DNA of 46,859 nucleotides from assembly GCA_020438895.1 (NCBI GenBank), contig JAGQTS010000060.1, positions 1-46,859 of the forward strand, read 5' to 3'. Within the stretch, counting starts at the first letter, position 1. The number at the start of each line of letters is the position of its first letter. Of the stretch, positions 1-13,248 are shown piece by piece. Under the pieces are notes generated by a model. The model made no database searches. It was not told the origin of the DNA and worked only from the letters and a program-made list of their open reading frames with translations. The translations under genes and the position numbers were made by a program. The stretch comes from Mycobacterium sp. GTDB taxonomy: Bacteria > Actinomycetota > Actinomycetes > Mycobacteriales > Mycobacteriaceae.

Positions 1-1
1 C

Positions 2-514
2 GCCCGATTCGGACGACTCGACGTGCTGGTCAACAACGCCGGTCTGGGTGGGCAGATGGCGGTGGTGGATATGACTGACGAGGAATGGGACCGTGTTCTC
101 AACGTGACGCTCACCTCCGCGATGCGGGCCACCCGTGCCGCACTGAGGTATTTCCGCGGCGCCGGCCACGGCGGGTCGATCGTCAACAACGCCAGTGTCC
201 TGGGTTGGCGCGCACAGCATTCCCAATCGCACTACGCTGCCGCGAAAGCCGGTGTGATGGCGTTGACCCGTTGTAGCGCAATGGAAGCCGTCGAGTACGG
301 AGTGAGGATCAACGCCGTTTCGCCGAGCATCGCCCGGCACACGTTCCTGGAGAAGACCAGCCCCGCGGATCTGCTCGATCGCCTCGCCGGGCAGGAGGCC
401 TTCGGGCGCGCAGCCGAGCCATGGGAGGTGGCCGCCACCATCGCATTTCTTGCCAGTGACTATGCCGGCTATCTCACCGGTGAGGTGATTTCGGTGTCGA
501 GTCAACACCCATGA
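2..514 (+). CDS. ipdF: Short-chain dehydrogenase, Rv3559c/IpdF-like (5'-truncated by window edge)
   Basis: SDR motifs VNNAG, NNAS and YAAAK. The frame is open from the window start. It lies directly upstream of kstR2, as for Rv3559c. Confidence 0.85.
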   Translation, partial: ARFGRLDVLVNNAGLGGQMAVVDMTDEEWDRVLNVTLTSAMRATRAALRYFRGAGHGGSIVNNASVLGWRAQHSQSHYAAAKAGVMALTRCSAMEAVEYGVRINAVSPSIARHTFLEKTSPADLLDRLAGQEAFGRAAEPWEVAATIAFLASDYAGYLTGEVISVSSQHP

Positions 515-1131
515 CCAGCCCGGTGAGGAATCCGGCGACCCGCCGCGCCGAACTGCTCGCACTCGCCGCGGCGATGTTCGCCCAACGCGGGCTGCGGGCC
601 ACCACTGTCCGTGATATCGCCGACGCTGCCGGCATTCTCTCCGGGAGCCTCTACCACCACTTCTCGTCGAAAGAGGAAATGGTGGACGAGGTGCTGCGCG
701 GCTTTTTGGACTGGTTGTTCGCGCGCTATCAGCACATCATCGACACCGAACCACACCCGTTGGCGCGGTTCGAAGGACTGTTCATGGCGTCCTTCGACGC
801 CATCGAACACCATCATGCAGAGGTTGTGATCTACCAGGACGAAGCCAAGCGACTCTCCGCGTACTCACGGTTCTCCTATATCGAGGAGCTCAACGTCCGC
901 CAGCGCACGATGTGGGTGGACGTTCTCAACCAGGGCGTCGCGGAAGGCTATTTCCGGCCCGACATCGACGTGGACGTCGTCTACCGCTTCATCCGCGACA
1001 CCACCTGGGTGTCCGTGCGCTGGTACCAACCTGGTGGGACGCTGACCGCCGAACACGTCGGTCGGCAGTATCTGAACGTCGTCCTCGGCGGCATCGCCGG
1101 ACCGACAGAAAGGAATACCGCTCATGCCTGA
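511..1131 (+). CDS. kstR2: TetR-family repressor KstR2
   Basis: TetR HTH (TTVRDIADAAGILSGSLYHHF) and C-terminal YRFIRDTTWVSVRWY; sits between ipdF and fadA6; ATGA overlap with ipdF. Confidence 0.93.
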   Translation: MTSPVRNPATRRAELLALAAAMFAQRGLRATTVRDIADAAGILSGSLYHHFSSKEEMVDEVLRGFLDWLFARYQHIIDTEPHPLARFEGLFMASFDAIEHHHAEVVIYQDEAKRLSAYSRFSYIEELNVRQRTMWVDVLNQGVAEGYFRPDIDVDVVYRFIRDTTWVSVRWYQPGGTLTAEHVGRQYLNVVLGGIAGPTERNTAHA

Positions 1132-2272
1132 GGCGTACGTCATCGACGCCGTGCGCACGGCCGTCGGCAAGCGCAACGGATCATTGGCCGGCGTCCACCC
1201 GATAGATCTCGGGGGATACGCATTCCGGGGAATCTTCGACCGCAACGACGTCGACCCGGCCGCCGTCGAGGATGCGATTGTCGGATGCGTCGACGCCGTC
1301 GGTGGGCAGGCTGGAAACATCGGTCGGCTGGCCTGGCTTGCGGCGGGCTACCCCGAGGAAGTTCCCGGGGTTACCGTCGATCGACAGTGTGGATCGAGCC
1401 AGCAGGCGATTTCCTTCGGTGCCCAGGCGATCATGGCGGGAACGGCTGACCTGATCCTGGCCGGCGGCATCCAGAACATGAGCCAGATCCCGATCTCGGC
1501 GGCCATGCTCGTGGGCCGGGAGTTCGGATTCTCAACTCCCACAGCCGAATCAGTCGGATGGCTGCAGCGCTACGGCGACCAGGAGATCTCGCAGTTCCGT
1601 GGCGCGGAGATGATCGCCGAGCGCTGGGCGATTTCCCGCGAGGACATGGAGCATTTCGCCCTGGCCAGTCATGAGCGCGCGTTCGCCGCGATCCGCGCCG
1701 GGCACTTCAATCGAGAGATCGTCCCTGTCGGGAGCTTTGCTGTCGATGAAACTCCGCGGCAGACCTCACTGGAGAAGATGGCCGCTCTGCCCGCCCTCAG
1801 CGAGGGAGGCCGGATGACTGCGGCGGTGGCCAGCCAGATCTCCGACGGTGCCAGCGCGGTTCTGCTGGCTTCAGCACAGGCGGTGCGCGACCACGGCCTG
1901 ACGCCGCGGGCCCGGATTCATCACATCAGTTGCCGCGGTGCGGACCCGGTGCTCATGTTGACCGGGCCCATCCCAGCCACCCGCTACGCCCTGGACAAGA
2001 CCGGCCTGTCGATCGAGGACATCGACGTCATCGAGATCAACGAGGCGTTCGCACCGGTCGTCTTGGCCTGGATGAAAGAGACCGGTGCCGATGCGGCAAG
2101 AGTCAATCCCAACGGTGGCGCCATCGCACTGGGGCACCCCTTGGGTGCGACGGGCGCGAAGTTGTTCGCCACGATGCTCTGCGAACTCGAGCGCAACGGC
2201 GGCCGCTACGGTCTGCAGACGATGTGCGAGGGCGGCGGTACGGCGAACGTCACGATCATCGAACGGTTGTAG
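1124..2272 (+). CDS. fadA6: Acetyl-CoA acetyltransferase (thiolase) FadA6
   Basis: Thiolase motifs DRQCGS, NEAF, GHPLGATG and CEGGG; synteny with kstR2. Confidence 0.9.
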   Translation: MPEAYVIDAVRTAVGKRNGSLAGVHPIDLGGYAFRGIFDRNDVDPAAVEDAIVGCVDAVGGQAGNIGRLAWLAAGYPEEVPGVTVDRQCGSSQQAISFGAQAIMAGTADLILAGGIQNMSQIPISAAMLVGREFGFSTPTAESVGWLQRYGDQEISQFRGAEMIAERWAISREDMEHFALASHERAFAAIRAGHFNREIVPVGSFAVDETPRQTSLEKMAALPALSEGGRMTAAVASQISDGASAVLLASAQAVRDHGLTPRARIHHISCRGADPVLMLTGPIPATRYALDKTGLSIEDIDVIEINEAFAPVVLAWMKETGADAARVNPNGGAIALGHPLGATGAKLFATMLCELERNGGRYGLQTMCEGGGTANVTIIERL

Positions 2273-2315
2273 CTCGGCACGGGGCTTCACCGGCGGCCGA
2301 CGCCCCGACGCCGAG
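2273..2315. terminator. GC-rich hairpin between convergent fadA6 and ipdC, possible bidirectional terminator
   Basis: CTCGGCACGGGGC (2273-2285) pairs with GCCCCGACGCCGAG (2302-2315) with one bulge and one mismatch; no long U-tract. Confidence 0.4.
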
Positions 2316-2317
2316 GC

Positions 2318-3400
2318 TTACTCGATGAGCGAAGCCGCCGACTGAAGGTGTGTGACAGCGTCACTGACGATGCTCTGGATCAGCTCCGCGCAGGAGGGCA
2401 GATCGTCGATGATCCCGGCGACCTGCCCAGAGGCGAGGACCCCCGCACTGACGTCGCCATCGACCAGGCCGGCTTTGAGCAGCACCGGGGTGTTGGCTGC
2501 CATCAAGACCTGGGACCAGGTCAGGTCCTTGCCGTGCCGCATCGCCAGGCCGTCGCGGATCATGGTCGACCAGGTCAGACCGGACATCTTCTTGAACTTC
2601 GCGGCGTTGCGGACAGCTGCGCCGAAACCTGTTATCCGAGAGGCGCTTTCGAGCTGTTCTACGAGTCTGGTTCGCAGCACCCGGTGCGGAATGCCATCGA
2701 CCCGGGTGGAGACGACGGTCCCGTCGAGGCCCGCTTCCAGATATCGTCGTTTCACCGCGTCCGGGACGGCGGAGTCCGATGTCAGCAAGAACCGGGTTCC
2801 CATCGCCACCCCGGCCGCCCCGTAGGACAACGCGGCGGCCAGGCCCCGGCCATCGAAGAAGCCACCGGCCGCAACGACCGGGATGTCCGTTCCGGCCAGC
2901 ACGTCGAGTACTGACGGCAGCAACAGTGTGGTGGCGACGGGCCCGGTGTGGCCCCCGCCCTCCCCTCCCTGGACGATCACCGCGTCGGCCCCCCAGGCCG
3001 CCACCTTGCGGGCGTGTTTGGCGGCGCCCACTGACGGCATCACCAGGGTTCCGGCCTCCTTGAGCCGGGCGATGAGTTCGGGTTTGGGTGCCAGTGCGAA
3101 CGACGCGACTGCGACTCCCTCGCGGATCATCAACTCGACCCGATCACCCGCGTCCGCGGCGTCTGCCCGGATGTTCACCCCGAAGGGCCGGTCGGTCGCC
3201 GCCTTGACCTTGGTGATGGCCGCGGCCAGCTCATCGAGGCTCATGGTCGCCGAAGCCAGGATTCCCAGCCCGCCGGCGTTGGCCGTCGCCGATACCAGTC
3301 TCGCGCCGGCCACCCAGCCCATACCGGTCTGTACCACCGGGTGCTCGATGCCGACCAACCGCGTCAGCGGGGTTCGGATTAAACGATTTCCCGTGGTCAC
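2318..3400 (-). CDS. ipdC: Nitronate monooxygenase/FabK-like flavoprotein IpdC (Rv3553-like)
   Basis: VVQTGMGWV, QGGEGGGHTG, AAGG and GVAMGTRF motifs; follows ipdB. Confidence 0.87.
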   Translation of the reverse strand: MTTGNRLIRTPLTRLVGIEHPVVQTGMGWVAGARLVSATANAGGLGILASATMSLDELAAAITKVKAATDRPFGVNIRADAADAGDRVELMIREGVAVASFALAPKPELIARLKEAGTLVMPSVGAAKHARKVAAWGADAVIVQGGEGGGHTGPVATTLLLPSVLDVLAGTDIPVVAAGGFFDGRGLAAALSYGAAGVAMGTRFLLTSDSAVPDAVKRRYLEAGLDGTVVSTRVDGIPHRVLRTRLVEQLESASRITGFGAAVRNAAKFKKMSGLTWSTMIRDGLAMRHGKDLTWSQVLMAANTPVLLKAGLVDGDVSAGVLASGQVAGIIDDLPSCAELIQSIVSDAVTHLQSAASLIE

Positions 3401-4143
3401 GGCTTGATTTCTCTGTCTCGCAACGATTTCGGATCGATCCGTCGGATCAGCTCGAGTTCGGCACCGGTCGGCAGTCGGGTAGCGGGAGCATCGTCGAGTT
3501 CGTGAATCTCAAAGGAGGTGCTCTCCCGGACATCCCGCCCTGTGACGCCCGGGTGCAGGGTCACGGCCCGCATGGTTCGGTCCGGCCCGCCGAAGTCGAA
3601 GACGCCGAGGTTGCTCACGACTCGGTAGATGTTGGCGAACCGGAAGGCGGGGTTGTCCGGATCGAACTTGTCCCAACCGATGCCGGAGACAACGTCGACG
3701 CTGTGGCAGAAGACTCGGGGCGAGTGGTTGCCCACCCAGTAGCTCGTTGTGTGGTTGATGGTATTGCCGGGAGCGCCCCGCACTCCGAACATCTGCCTGG
3801 TCGGGTGTTGTAACGGCCCGAAGGCGGAGAGGTTCTGGTTGCCGTACCTGTCGATCTGGTTGGCGCCCATGACCACATGACGACGTCCCCACGCCAGGGT
3901 CTCGAAAACCCTGCCGAACGGCATCCATCCCTCCACTGCGCCGGTTGTACCGATGGCGGGGGTGTCGGCCAGCAGTTGCGCCTCCCCGTCGGTCAGCAGG
4001 ATCTCGGGGGCGAATGTCAGCCGTGCCAGCCGCGCACCGATGGACGCCATGGTGCTCATCGGGCTGACCATGATCTCCCCGGCGCCGCGGAACAGTTCGG
4101 CGCAAGCGACGGCACACACCTCGGCGCGGGTCACCTGGATCAT
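3397..4143 (-). CDS. ipdB: Ring-cleaving hydrolase beta subunit IpdB (CoA-transferase fold)
   Basis: CoA-transferase beta-like sequence (GANQIDRYGNQN, GVRGAPGN); overlaps ipdA and ipdC. Confidence 0.9.
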   Translation of the reverse strand: MIQVTRAEVCAVACAELFRGAGEIMVSPMSTMASIGARLARLTFAPEILLTDGEAQLLADTPAIGTTGAVEGWMPFGRVFETLAWGRRHVVMGANQIDRYGNQNLSAFGPLQHPTRQMFGVRGAPGNTINHTTSYWVGNHSPRVFCHSVDVVSGIGWDKFDPDNPAFRFANIYRVVSNLGVFDFGGPDRTMRAVTLHPGVTGRDVRESTSFEIHELDDAPATRLPTGAELELIRRIDPKSLRDREIKP

Positions 4144-5042
4144 CTTCCGGCCTCCTGTGCTGCAGCGAATCGGCGCACCGCGGCCTGATAGACCTCCTCG
4201 CTGCCGGCCAGATAGGTCGCGACGAATTCCGCCCAGCTCGCTTCGTCGGTCGCGGCATGCGCATAGTGGCGCTGAAACTTCTCGTCTCGGCCGTAATCGG
4301 GAGCGGCGGTGCTGAAGTGGGCACCGCCGGGCGCCTCGACCACATGATCGACCATCATCCGATTCGCCAGCAGCGCTTGCGGTGGAACGGTCGTCACCAG
4401 GTCTTCGGTGGTAACCACGCGCTCCACCGACAGGTACCGCCGGTCGGCGGCCATCAGGAACAGGTCGTCGAAGTAGGGGTCGATGCCGGTGTAGGCGGCG
4501 TTCCCGTGCCGGTCGCCCAGGTTCAGGTGGACGAACGCGGCGTCGAGACGCAACGCCGGCATGGCGATCAGTTCCTCGTAGCCTCCGCTGTTCCCGGGGG
4601 TGGCCGTCGCGTACGGCGATCGAACGGTGGTCAACTCGCCGTCCCAGAATTCCGGTACCGAACTGCCGAGGCCGGCCCGCGTGGGCAGGAACGGAAGCCG
4701 TTGTGCCGCAGCCTGTAAGCCGCAGCGCAGCATGCCCTCATCCATCTCCCGCGCGATGATGGAACCCTCGGTGCGGGACTTGGCGAACCAGGGATCGTAA
4801 AAGGGCGGGGAGTCCAGCGAGACGAATCCGTAGTAGACCTTGCTGACCTTGCCTGCAGAGCAGAGCAGGCCGAGGTCCGGGCCCCCGTAGGTCACCACGG
4901 TGAGGTCGGTGACCGAGGTGCGAAGCAGCGCGCGGACGAACGCCATCGGTTTGCGTCGGGATCCCCAGCCGCCGAGGCCGACCGTCATTCCACTCTCGAT
5001 CCCGGCCACCGCCGCGTCGAGGGTGGTCCGTTTATCCCTCAT
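4140..5042 (-). CDS. ipdA: Ring-cleaving hydrolase alpha subunit IpdA
   Basis: GGWGSRRKPM and REMDEGM motifs; likely ATG at 5042 (MRDKRTT). Confidence 0.9.
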   Translation of the reverse strand: MRDKRTTLDAAVAGIESGMTVGLGGWGSRRKPMAFVRALLRTSVTDLTVVTYGGPDLGLLCSAGKVSKVYYGFVSLDSPPFYDPWFAKSRTEGSIIAREMDEGMLRCGLQAAAQRLPFLPTRAGLGSSVPEFWDGELTTVRSPYATATPGNSGGYEELIAMPALRLDAAFVHLNLGDRHGNAAYTGIDPYFDDLFLMAADRRYLSVERVVTTEDLVTTVPPQALLANRMMVDHVVEAPGGAHFSTAAPDYGRDEKFQRHYAHAATDEASWAEFVATYLAGSEEVYQAAVRRFAAAQEAGR

Positions 5043-5796
5043 GGGATGTCGACTTCGCGGTGCCGGCGAAGTCGTCGCGCAATTCATCGGAGACGCCCGA
5101 GAGGTTCAGTTCGAAGGTGAAGCCTTGCTCCATCCGGTAGCTGGCGTTGACGTGCTGGGTATCGATCAAATTCAGCGCCTCCTTGGCCGCCCGGATCACC
5201 CGGGTGTCCTTCCTGGCGATATCGCGGGCTATCCGGAGCGCGGCGTCGTCGAGATCGGCCCGCGCTACCACCTCGTGCACCGACCCGAAGTGGTGCAGGG
5301 TCGCGGCGTCGACGGTGGCGGCGGTGAAGAACATCCGGCGCATCACATGCTGCGGCACCAGCCGCGACAGGTGGGTGGCCGCACCCAGGGCCCCGCGTTC
5401 CACCTCAGGCAGGCCGAAGGTCGCGTCCTCGGAGGCGACGATCACATCGGCGTTGCCCACCAGGCCGATCCCGCCGCCGACGCAGAAGCCGTTCACGGCG
5501 GCGATCACCGGGACCGCGCATTCGTATACGGCTTTGAAGGCAGCGAAGCAGCCGCGGTTGGCGTCGATCAGCGCTGTGAACCCCGGTGTTCGCTGCATCT
5601 CCTTGATGTCGACCCCGGCGTTGAAACCCCGGCCCTCGGCACGCAGGATCACCACATGGGTGGAGGCATCTCGCCCGGCATCGGTGAGGGCACCGGCCAG
5701 GTCGAACCAACCGCGTGACGGGATCGCGTTCACCGGTGGATAGTCGACGGTCACCGCGACGATGCCGGATTCGACCACCCGGGACGTGATTGTCAT
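5032..5796 (-). CDS. echA20: Enoyl-CoA hydratase EchA20
   Basis: Crotonase motifs FNAGVDIKE, GGGIG and FGLPE; ATG at 5796 preceded by AGGAG. Confidence 0.9.
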   Translation of the reverse strand: MTITSRVVESGIVAVTVDYPPVNAIPSRGWFDLAGALTDAGRDASTHVVILRAEGRGFNAGVDIKEMQRTPGFTALIDANRGCFAAFKAVYECAVPVIAAVNGFCVGGGIGLVGNADVIVASEDATFGLPEVERGALGAATHLSRLVPQHVMRRMFFTAATVDAATLHHFGSVHEVVARADLDDAALRIARDIARKDTRVIRAAKEALNLIDTQHVNASYRMEQGFTFELNLSGVSDELRDDFAGTAKSTSHEG

Positions 5797-5826
5797 GGCA
5801 CTCCTGGAACGGGTCACCTCAACCTG

Positions 5827-5840
5827 AGCAAGCACTTGCT
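5827..5840. promoter_or_regulatory. KstR2 operator
   Basis: AGCAAGCACTTGCT matches the KstR2 consensus AnCAAGnnCTTGnT and lies in the divergent echA20/SDR spacer. Confidence 0.93.
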
Positions 5841-5855
5841 TGGTACGCTAACACA

Positions 5856-6623
5856 ATGCCTGGCCCGATCAGTCTTGGTCTGGACGGTCGGGTTGTGCTG
5901 GTCACCGGGGGCGTCCGCGGTGTCGGGGCGGGGATCAGCGAGGTGTTTGCCGGGCAAGGTGCTCTGGTCGTCACCTGCGCGCGCCGACCGGTGGAGGGCC
6001 TGCCCTACGAGTTCCATCCGTGCGATGTCCGCGATCCCGCCGCGGTGGCCGCCCTGGTCTCGGCGATCGTTGACCGTCACGGCCGCCTCGATGTCGTGGT
6101 CAACAATGCCGGCGGCGCACCGTACGCACTGGCCGCCGATGCCTCACCCCGATTCCACCAGAAGGTCATCGAACTCAATCTGCTGGGCATGCTGCACGTA
6201 TCGCAGGCTGCCAACGCCGTCATGCAGAACCAGTACGGCGGTGGGGCAATCGTGTCGATCTCCAGTGTCAGCGGCCTCCGCCCGTCGCCGGGCACGGCGG
6301 CCTATGGCGCGGCCAAGGCCGGTGTGGACAGCCTGACCGCGTCGTTGGCAGTGGAATGGGCGCCAAAGGTGCGGGTGAACTCAGTCGTGGCCGGAATGGT
6401 GCATACCGAGCAGGTCGAGATGTTCTATGGTGACCAGCGCTCCCAGGCCGCGGTGGCGGCCACCATCCCGATGGGCCGACTGGCAATGCCCGCCGATATC
6501 GGTTGGGCGGCAGCGTTTCTCGCCTCCGATGCCGCCTCCTATGTCAGCGGGGCCACTCTGGCCGTGCACGGCGGTGGAGAGCCGCCGCCGTATCTCAGCG
6601 TCTCCAGCGCGAACCGGCAGTAG
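5856..6623 (+). CDS. Short-chain dehydrogenase (Rv3549c-like)
   Basis: TGGVRGVG, NNAG and YGAAK motifs; TACGCT -10-like hexamer 6 nt before ATG 5856 suggests a leaderless start. Confidence 0.88.
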   Translation: MPGPISLGLDGRVVLVTGGVRGVGAGISEVFAGQGALVVTCARRPVEGLPYEFHPCDVRDPAAVAALVSAIVDRHGRLDVVVNNAGGAPYALAADASPRFHQKVIELNLLGMLHVSQAANAVMQNQYGGGAIVSISSVSGLRPSPGTAAYGAAKAGVDSLTASLAVEWAPKVRVNSVVAGMVHTEQVEMFYGDQRSQAAVAATIPMGRLAMPADIGWAAAFLASDAASYVSGATLAVHGGGEPPPYLSVSSANRQ

Positions 6624-6648
6624 CTCCAAACGGCAGTAAGGAGATCTC

Positions 6649-7566
6649 ATGGGAATCGTCGACGACAAGGTCGTCATCGTCACCGGGGCCGGCGGGGGTA
6701 TCGGCCGGGCCCACGCACTGGCCTTCGCCGCAGAGGGCGCCCGGGTTGTGGTCAACGACATCGGGGTGGGCCTGGATGGATCTCCCGCCGGAGGCGGCAG
6801 TGCCGCCCAGGCAGTCGTGGACGAGATTCGTTCGGCCGGAGGCGAAGCGGTGCCCAACGGCGCCGACATCTCGGACTGGGAGCAGGCCGCTGCACTGATC
6901 CAGAGCGCCGTTGCGGAGTTCGGTCGCCTCGACGTGGTGGTGAACAACGCGGGGATCGTCCGGGATCGGATGATTGCCAACACCAGTGAGCAGGAGTTCG
7001 ACTCCGTCATCGCAGTACATCTCAAGGGACACTTCGCCACCATGCGGCACGCGGGCGCCTACTGGCGTGGACTCGTCAAAGATGGCGCAGTGTCTGCTGG
7101 GGAGTTGCATGCCCGCATCATCAACACCAGTTCGGGGGCGGGCCTCCAGGGCAGCGTCGGGCAAGGCAATTACAGCGCCGCAAAGGCGGGTATCGCCGCA
7201 CTGACTCTGGTGGCAGCAGCGGAGATGGGCCGCTACGGGGTGACGGTCAACGCCATCGCTCCCGCGGCGCGAACCCGGATGACCGAAAACGTCTTCTCCG
7301 AGATGATGGCCAAACCGGAGTCCGGATTCGACGCCATGGCTCCGGAGAACGTCTCACCACTGGTGGTGTGGCTGAGCAGCGTCGAGGCCGACGATGTAAC
7401 CGGCCGGGTCTTCGAGGTTGAGGGTGGCCTCGTGCGGGTGGCGGAAGGCTGGCAGCGCGGACCGGAGATCGACAAGGGTGTCCGCTGGGACCCGGCCGAA
7501 CTGGGTCCCATCGTGCGCGGCCTGCTGGCTCAGGGCAGGCCACCGGTACCCGTGTACGGGTCCTGA
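6649..7566 (+). CDS. Short-chain dehydrogenase (Rv3548c-like)
   Basis: TGAGGGIG, NNAGIVRD and YSAAK motifs; AAGGAG RBS. Confidence 0.88.
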   Translation: MGIVDDKVVIVTGAGGGIGRAHALAFAAEGARVVVNDIGVGLDGSPAGGGSAAQAVVDEIRSAGGEAVPNGADISDWEQAAALIQSAVAEFGRLDVVVNNAGIVRDRMIANTSEQEFDSVIAVHLKGHFATMRHAGAYWRGLVKDGAVSAGELHARIINTSSGAGLQGSVGQGNYSAAKAGIAALTLVAAAEMGRYGVTVNAIAPAARTRMTENVFSEMMAKPESGFDAMAPENVSPLVVWLSSVEADDVTGRVFEVEGGLVRVAEGWQRGPEIDKGVRWDPAELGPIVRGLLAQGRPPVPVYGS

Positions 7567-7591
7567 TCCCGGTCGTCCTGAACCTTAAGAG

Positions 7592-10999
<3,408 letters not shown>

Positions 11000-11031
11000 T
11001 TCGTTACCCGGAAGCGCAAGGAGGATTGCGG

Positions 11032-12072
11032 GTGGACTTCACTCCCGAACCGTCGCAACAGGCTGTCGCTGACGTCGTCAATGCTGTTCTGGATCGTGAG
11101 AACACCTGGGAGGCTTTGGTTTCCGGGGGAGTGACCGCCCTGGGTGTTCCGGAGCGGTTCGGCGGTGACGGGCTCGGGCTGGCCGAGATCGGTACGGCGC
11201 TGACTGAGATCGGCCGGCACGCCACATGTGCGCCGGCGCTGGCCACACTCGGTCTGGGATTGCTCCCGCTGCTGGATCTGGCCTCCGAGGGGCAACAACA
11301 GCGCTATCTCGGCCGGGTTGGCCAGGGGGCGATCCTGACCGCCGCCCTCAACGAGCCCGGCGCCAGCTTTCCCGACCGACCCGCGGTGACCCTGGAGGCC
11401 GGGCGCCTCAATGGGGTGAAGTTGGCTGTGCCCTATGCGCGGCAATCGGTCTGGATGGTGGTGAGTACCGATGGGGGTGTCGTGGTGGTGTCCCCGGGCG
11501 CCGACGGGGTGCGCTTGAGTGCTACCCCGACATCCACCGGTGCCGAGGAATTCGCCCTCGAGTTCTGTGATGTGGCAGTCGACGACGATGCGGTGCTGGA
11601 GGGGGCGACGGCACGCCGGGTCAACCAGCTGGCTGTCGCGGCGATCGGCGCCTATGCGTCCGGGCTGATGGCCGGGGCGGTTCGACTGACCGCCGACTAT
11701 GTCACCCAGCGCCATCAGTTCGGCCGCCCGCTGGCGACATTTCAGACCGTGGCTGCTCAGCTCGCCGAGGTGTATATCGCCTCGCGCACCATGGGTTTGG
11801 CGTCATCGTCGGCAATCTGGCGGCTCTGCGAGGGCCTCGATGCGGACGAGGATCTCGATGTCCTCTGCTACTGGCTCACCTCGCAGGCGCCGCCGGCCAT
11901 GCAGACCTGTCACCATCTGCACGGTGGGATGGGTATGGACATCAGCTATCCCATGCACCGCTACTACTCGTCGATCAAGGATCTCACCCGGGTGCTCGGC
12001 GGTCCCGCCCATCGCCTTGATCTCCTGGGCCGCCGACATGACAGACGTGGGGCGCAATGTTCATCGAACTGA
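11032..12072 (+). CDS. fadE28: Acyl-CoA dehydrogenase ChsE1/FadE28
   Basis: ACAD fold, RHQFGRPLATFQ and HLHGGMG motifs; GGAGG before GTG 11032. Confidence 0.9.
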   Translation: MDFTPEPSQQAVADVVNAVLDRENTWEALVSGGVTALGVPERFGGDGLGLAEIGTALTEIGRHATCAPALATLGLGLLPLLDLASEGQQQRYLGRVGQGAILTAALNEPGASFPDRPAVTLEAGRLNGVKLAVPYARQSVWMVVSTDGGVVVVSPGADGVRLSATPTSTGAEEFALEFCDVAVDDDAVLEGATARRVNQLAVAAIGAYASGLMAGAVRLTADYVTQRHQFGRPLATFQTVAAQLAEVYIASRTMGLASSSAIWRLCEGLDADEDLDVLCYWLTSQAPPAMQTCHHLHGGMGMDISYPMHRYYSSIKDLTRVLGGPAHRLDLLGRRHDRRGAQCSSN

Positions 12073-13232
12073 CCTCCGAGCAGCGGCAGTTGCAGGACGA
12101 GCTCAAGCGGTACTTTTCGACGCTGATCTCCGCCGAGGAAGCCAGGGAGATGGAGGTCGACCGGCACGGCAAGGCCTACCGCGCGGTGATCAAGCGGATG
12201 GGTTCTGACGGAAAGCTCGGCGTGGGCTGGCCGAAAGAGTACGGCGGACTCGGCTTCGGGCCGATCGAGCAGCAGATCTTCGTCAACGAGGCCGCACGGG
12301 CCGACGTCCCGCTTCCGGCGGTCACCCTACAGACCGTGGGTCCCACTCTGATGGTGTACGGCAACGAGGCCCAGAAACGGACGTTCCTGCCCGCCATACT
12401 GGCAGGGGAGGTGCACTTCGCGATCGGCTATTCCGAGCCTGAGGCGGGCACGGACCTGGCTTCGCTTCGCACCTCAGCGGTGCGTACGGGGGACGATGTC
12501 ACCGGGTACTACACGGTCAACGGGCAGAAGATCTGGACCACTGGCGGGCATGACGCGGACTATGTGTGGCTGGCCTGCCGAACCGATCCGGAAGCGCCGA
12601 AACACCGCGGTATCTCGATCCTCATCGTCGATACCACCGACCCGGGTTACTCGTGGACGCCGATCATCCTGTCCGATGGTGCTCACCACACCAACGCCAC
12701 CTACTACCACAACGTTCGGGTGCCGGCCGAGATGCGGGTCGGCGAGGAGAACGCCGGTTGGCGGCTCATCACCACCCAGCTCAATCATGAGCGGGTGATG
12801 CTCGGGCCAGCCGGAAGGATCGCCGGACTCTACGACCGCGTGCATGCCTGGGCCTCGAAACCGGGTGGCGACGGGGTGACGCCGATCGACCGGGACGACG
12901 TACGTCGGGCGCTCGGTGAGATCCGCGCGATCTGGCGGATCAACGAGTTGCTCAACTGGCAGGTTGCGGCGGCCGGCGAAACCGTCGACATCGCCGACGC
13001 CGCGGCCACCAAGGTGTTCTCCACCGAGCGGATCCAGCGGATCGGCCGACTCGCGGAGGAAATCGTGGGCAGGTACGGCAATCCGGCCGAGGAGCCCACT
13101 GCCGAACTGCTTCGCTGGTTGGACTCGCACACCAAGCGGAACCTGGTCATCACTTTCGGTGGCGGCGTCAACGAGATCATGCGCGAACAGGTCGCCGCGG
13201 CGGGACTGAATGTGCCCAGGGTTCCGCGATGA
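12057..13232 (+). CDS. fadE29: Acyl-CoA dehydrogenase ChsE2/FadE29
   Basis: IGYSEPEAGTDLAS, NGQKIWT, QLNHER and FGGGVNE motifs. Confidence 0.92.
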   Translation: MFIELTSEQRQLQDELKRYFSTLISAEEAREMEVDRHGKAYRAVIKRMGSDGKLGVGWPKEYGGLGFGPIEQQIFVNEAARADVPLPAVTLQTVGPTLMVYGNEAQKRTFLPAILAGEVHFAIGYSEPEAGTDLASLRTSAVRTGDDVTGYYTVNGQKIWTTGGHDADYVWLACRTDPEAPKHRGISILIVDTTDPGYSWTPIILSDGAHHTNATYYHNVRVPAEMRVGEENAGWRLITTQLNHERVMLGPAGRIAGLYDRVHAWASKPGGDGVTPIDRDDVRRALGEIRAIWRINELLNWQVAAAGETVDIADAAATKVFSTERIQRIGRLAEEIVGRYGNPAEEPTAELLRWLDSHTKRNLVITFGGGVNEIMREQVAAAGLNVPRVPR

Positions 13233-13248
13233 GCGCCAGGGGGGACTC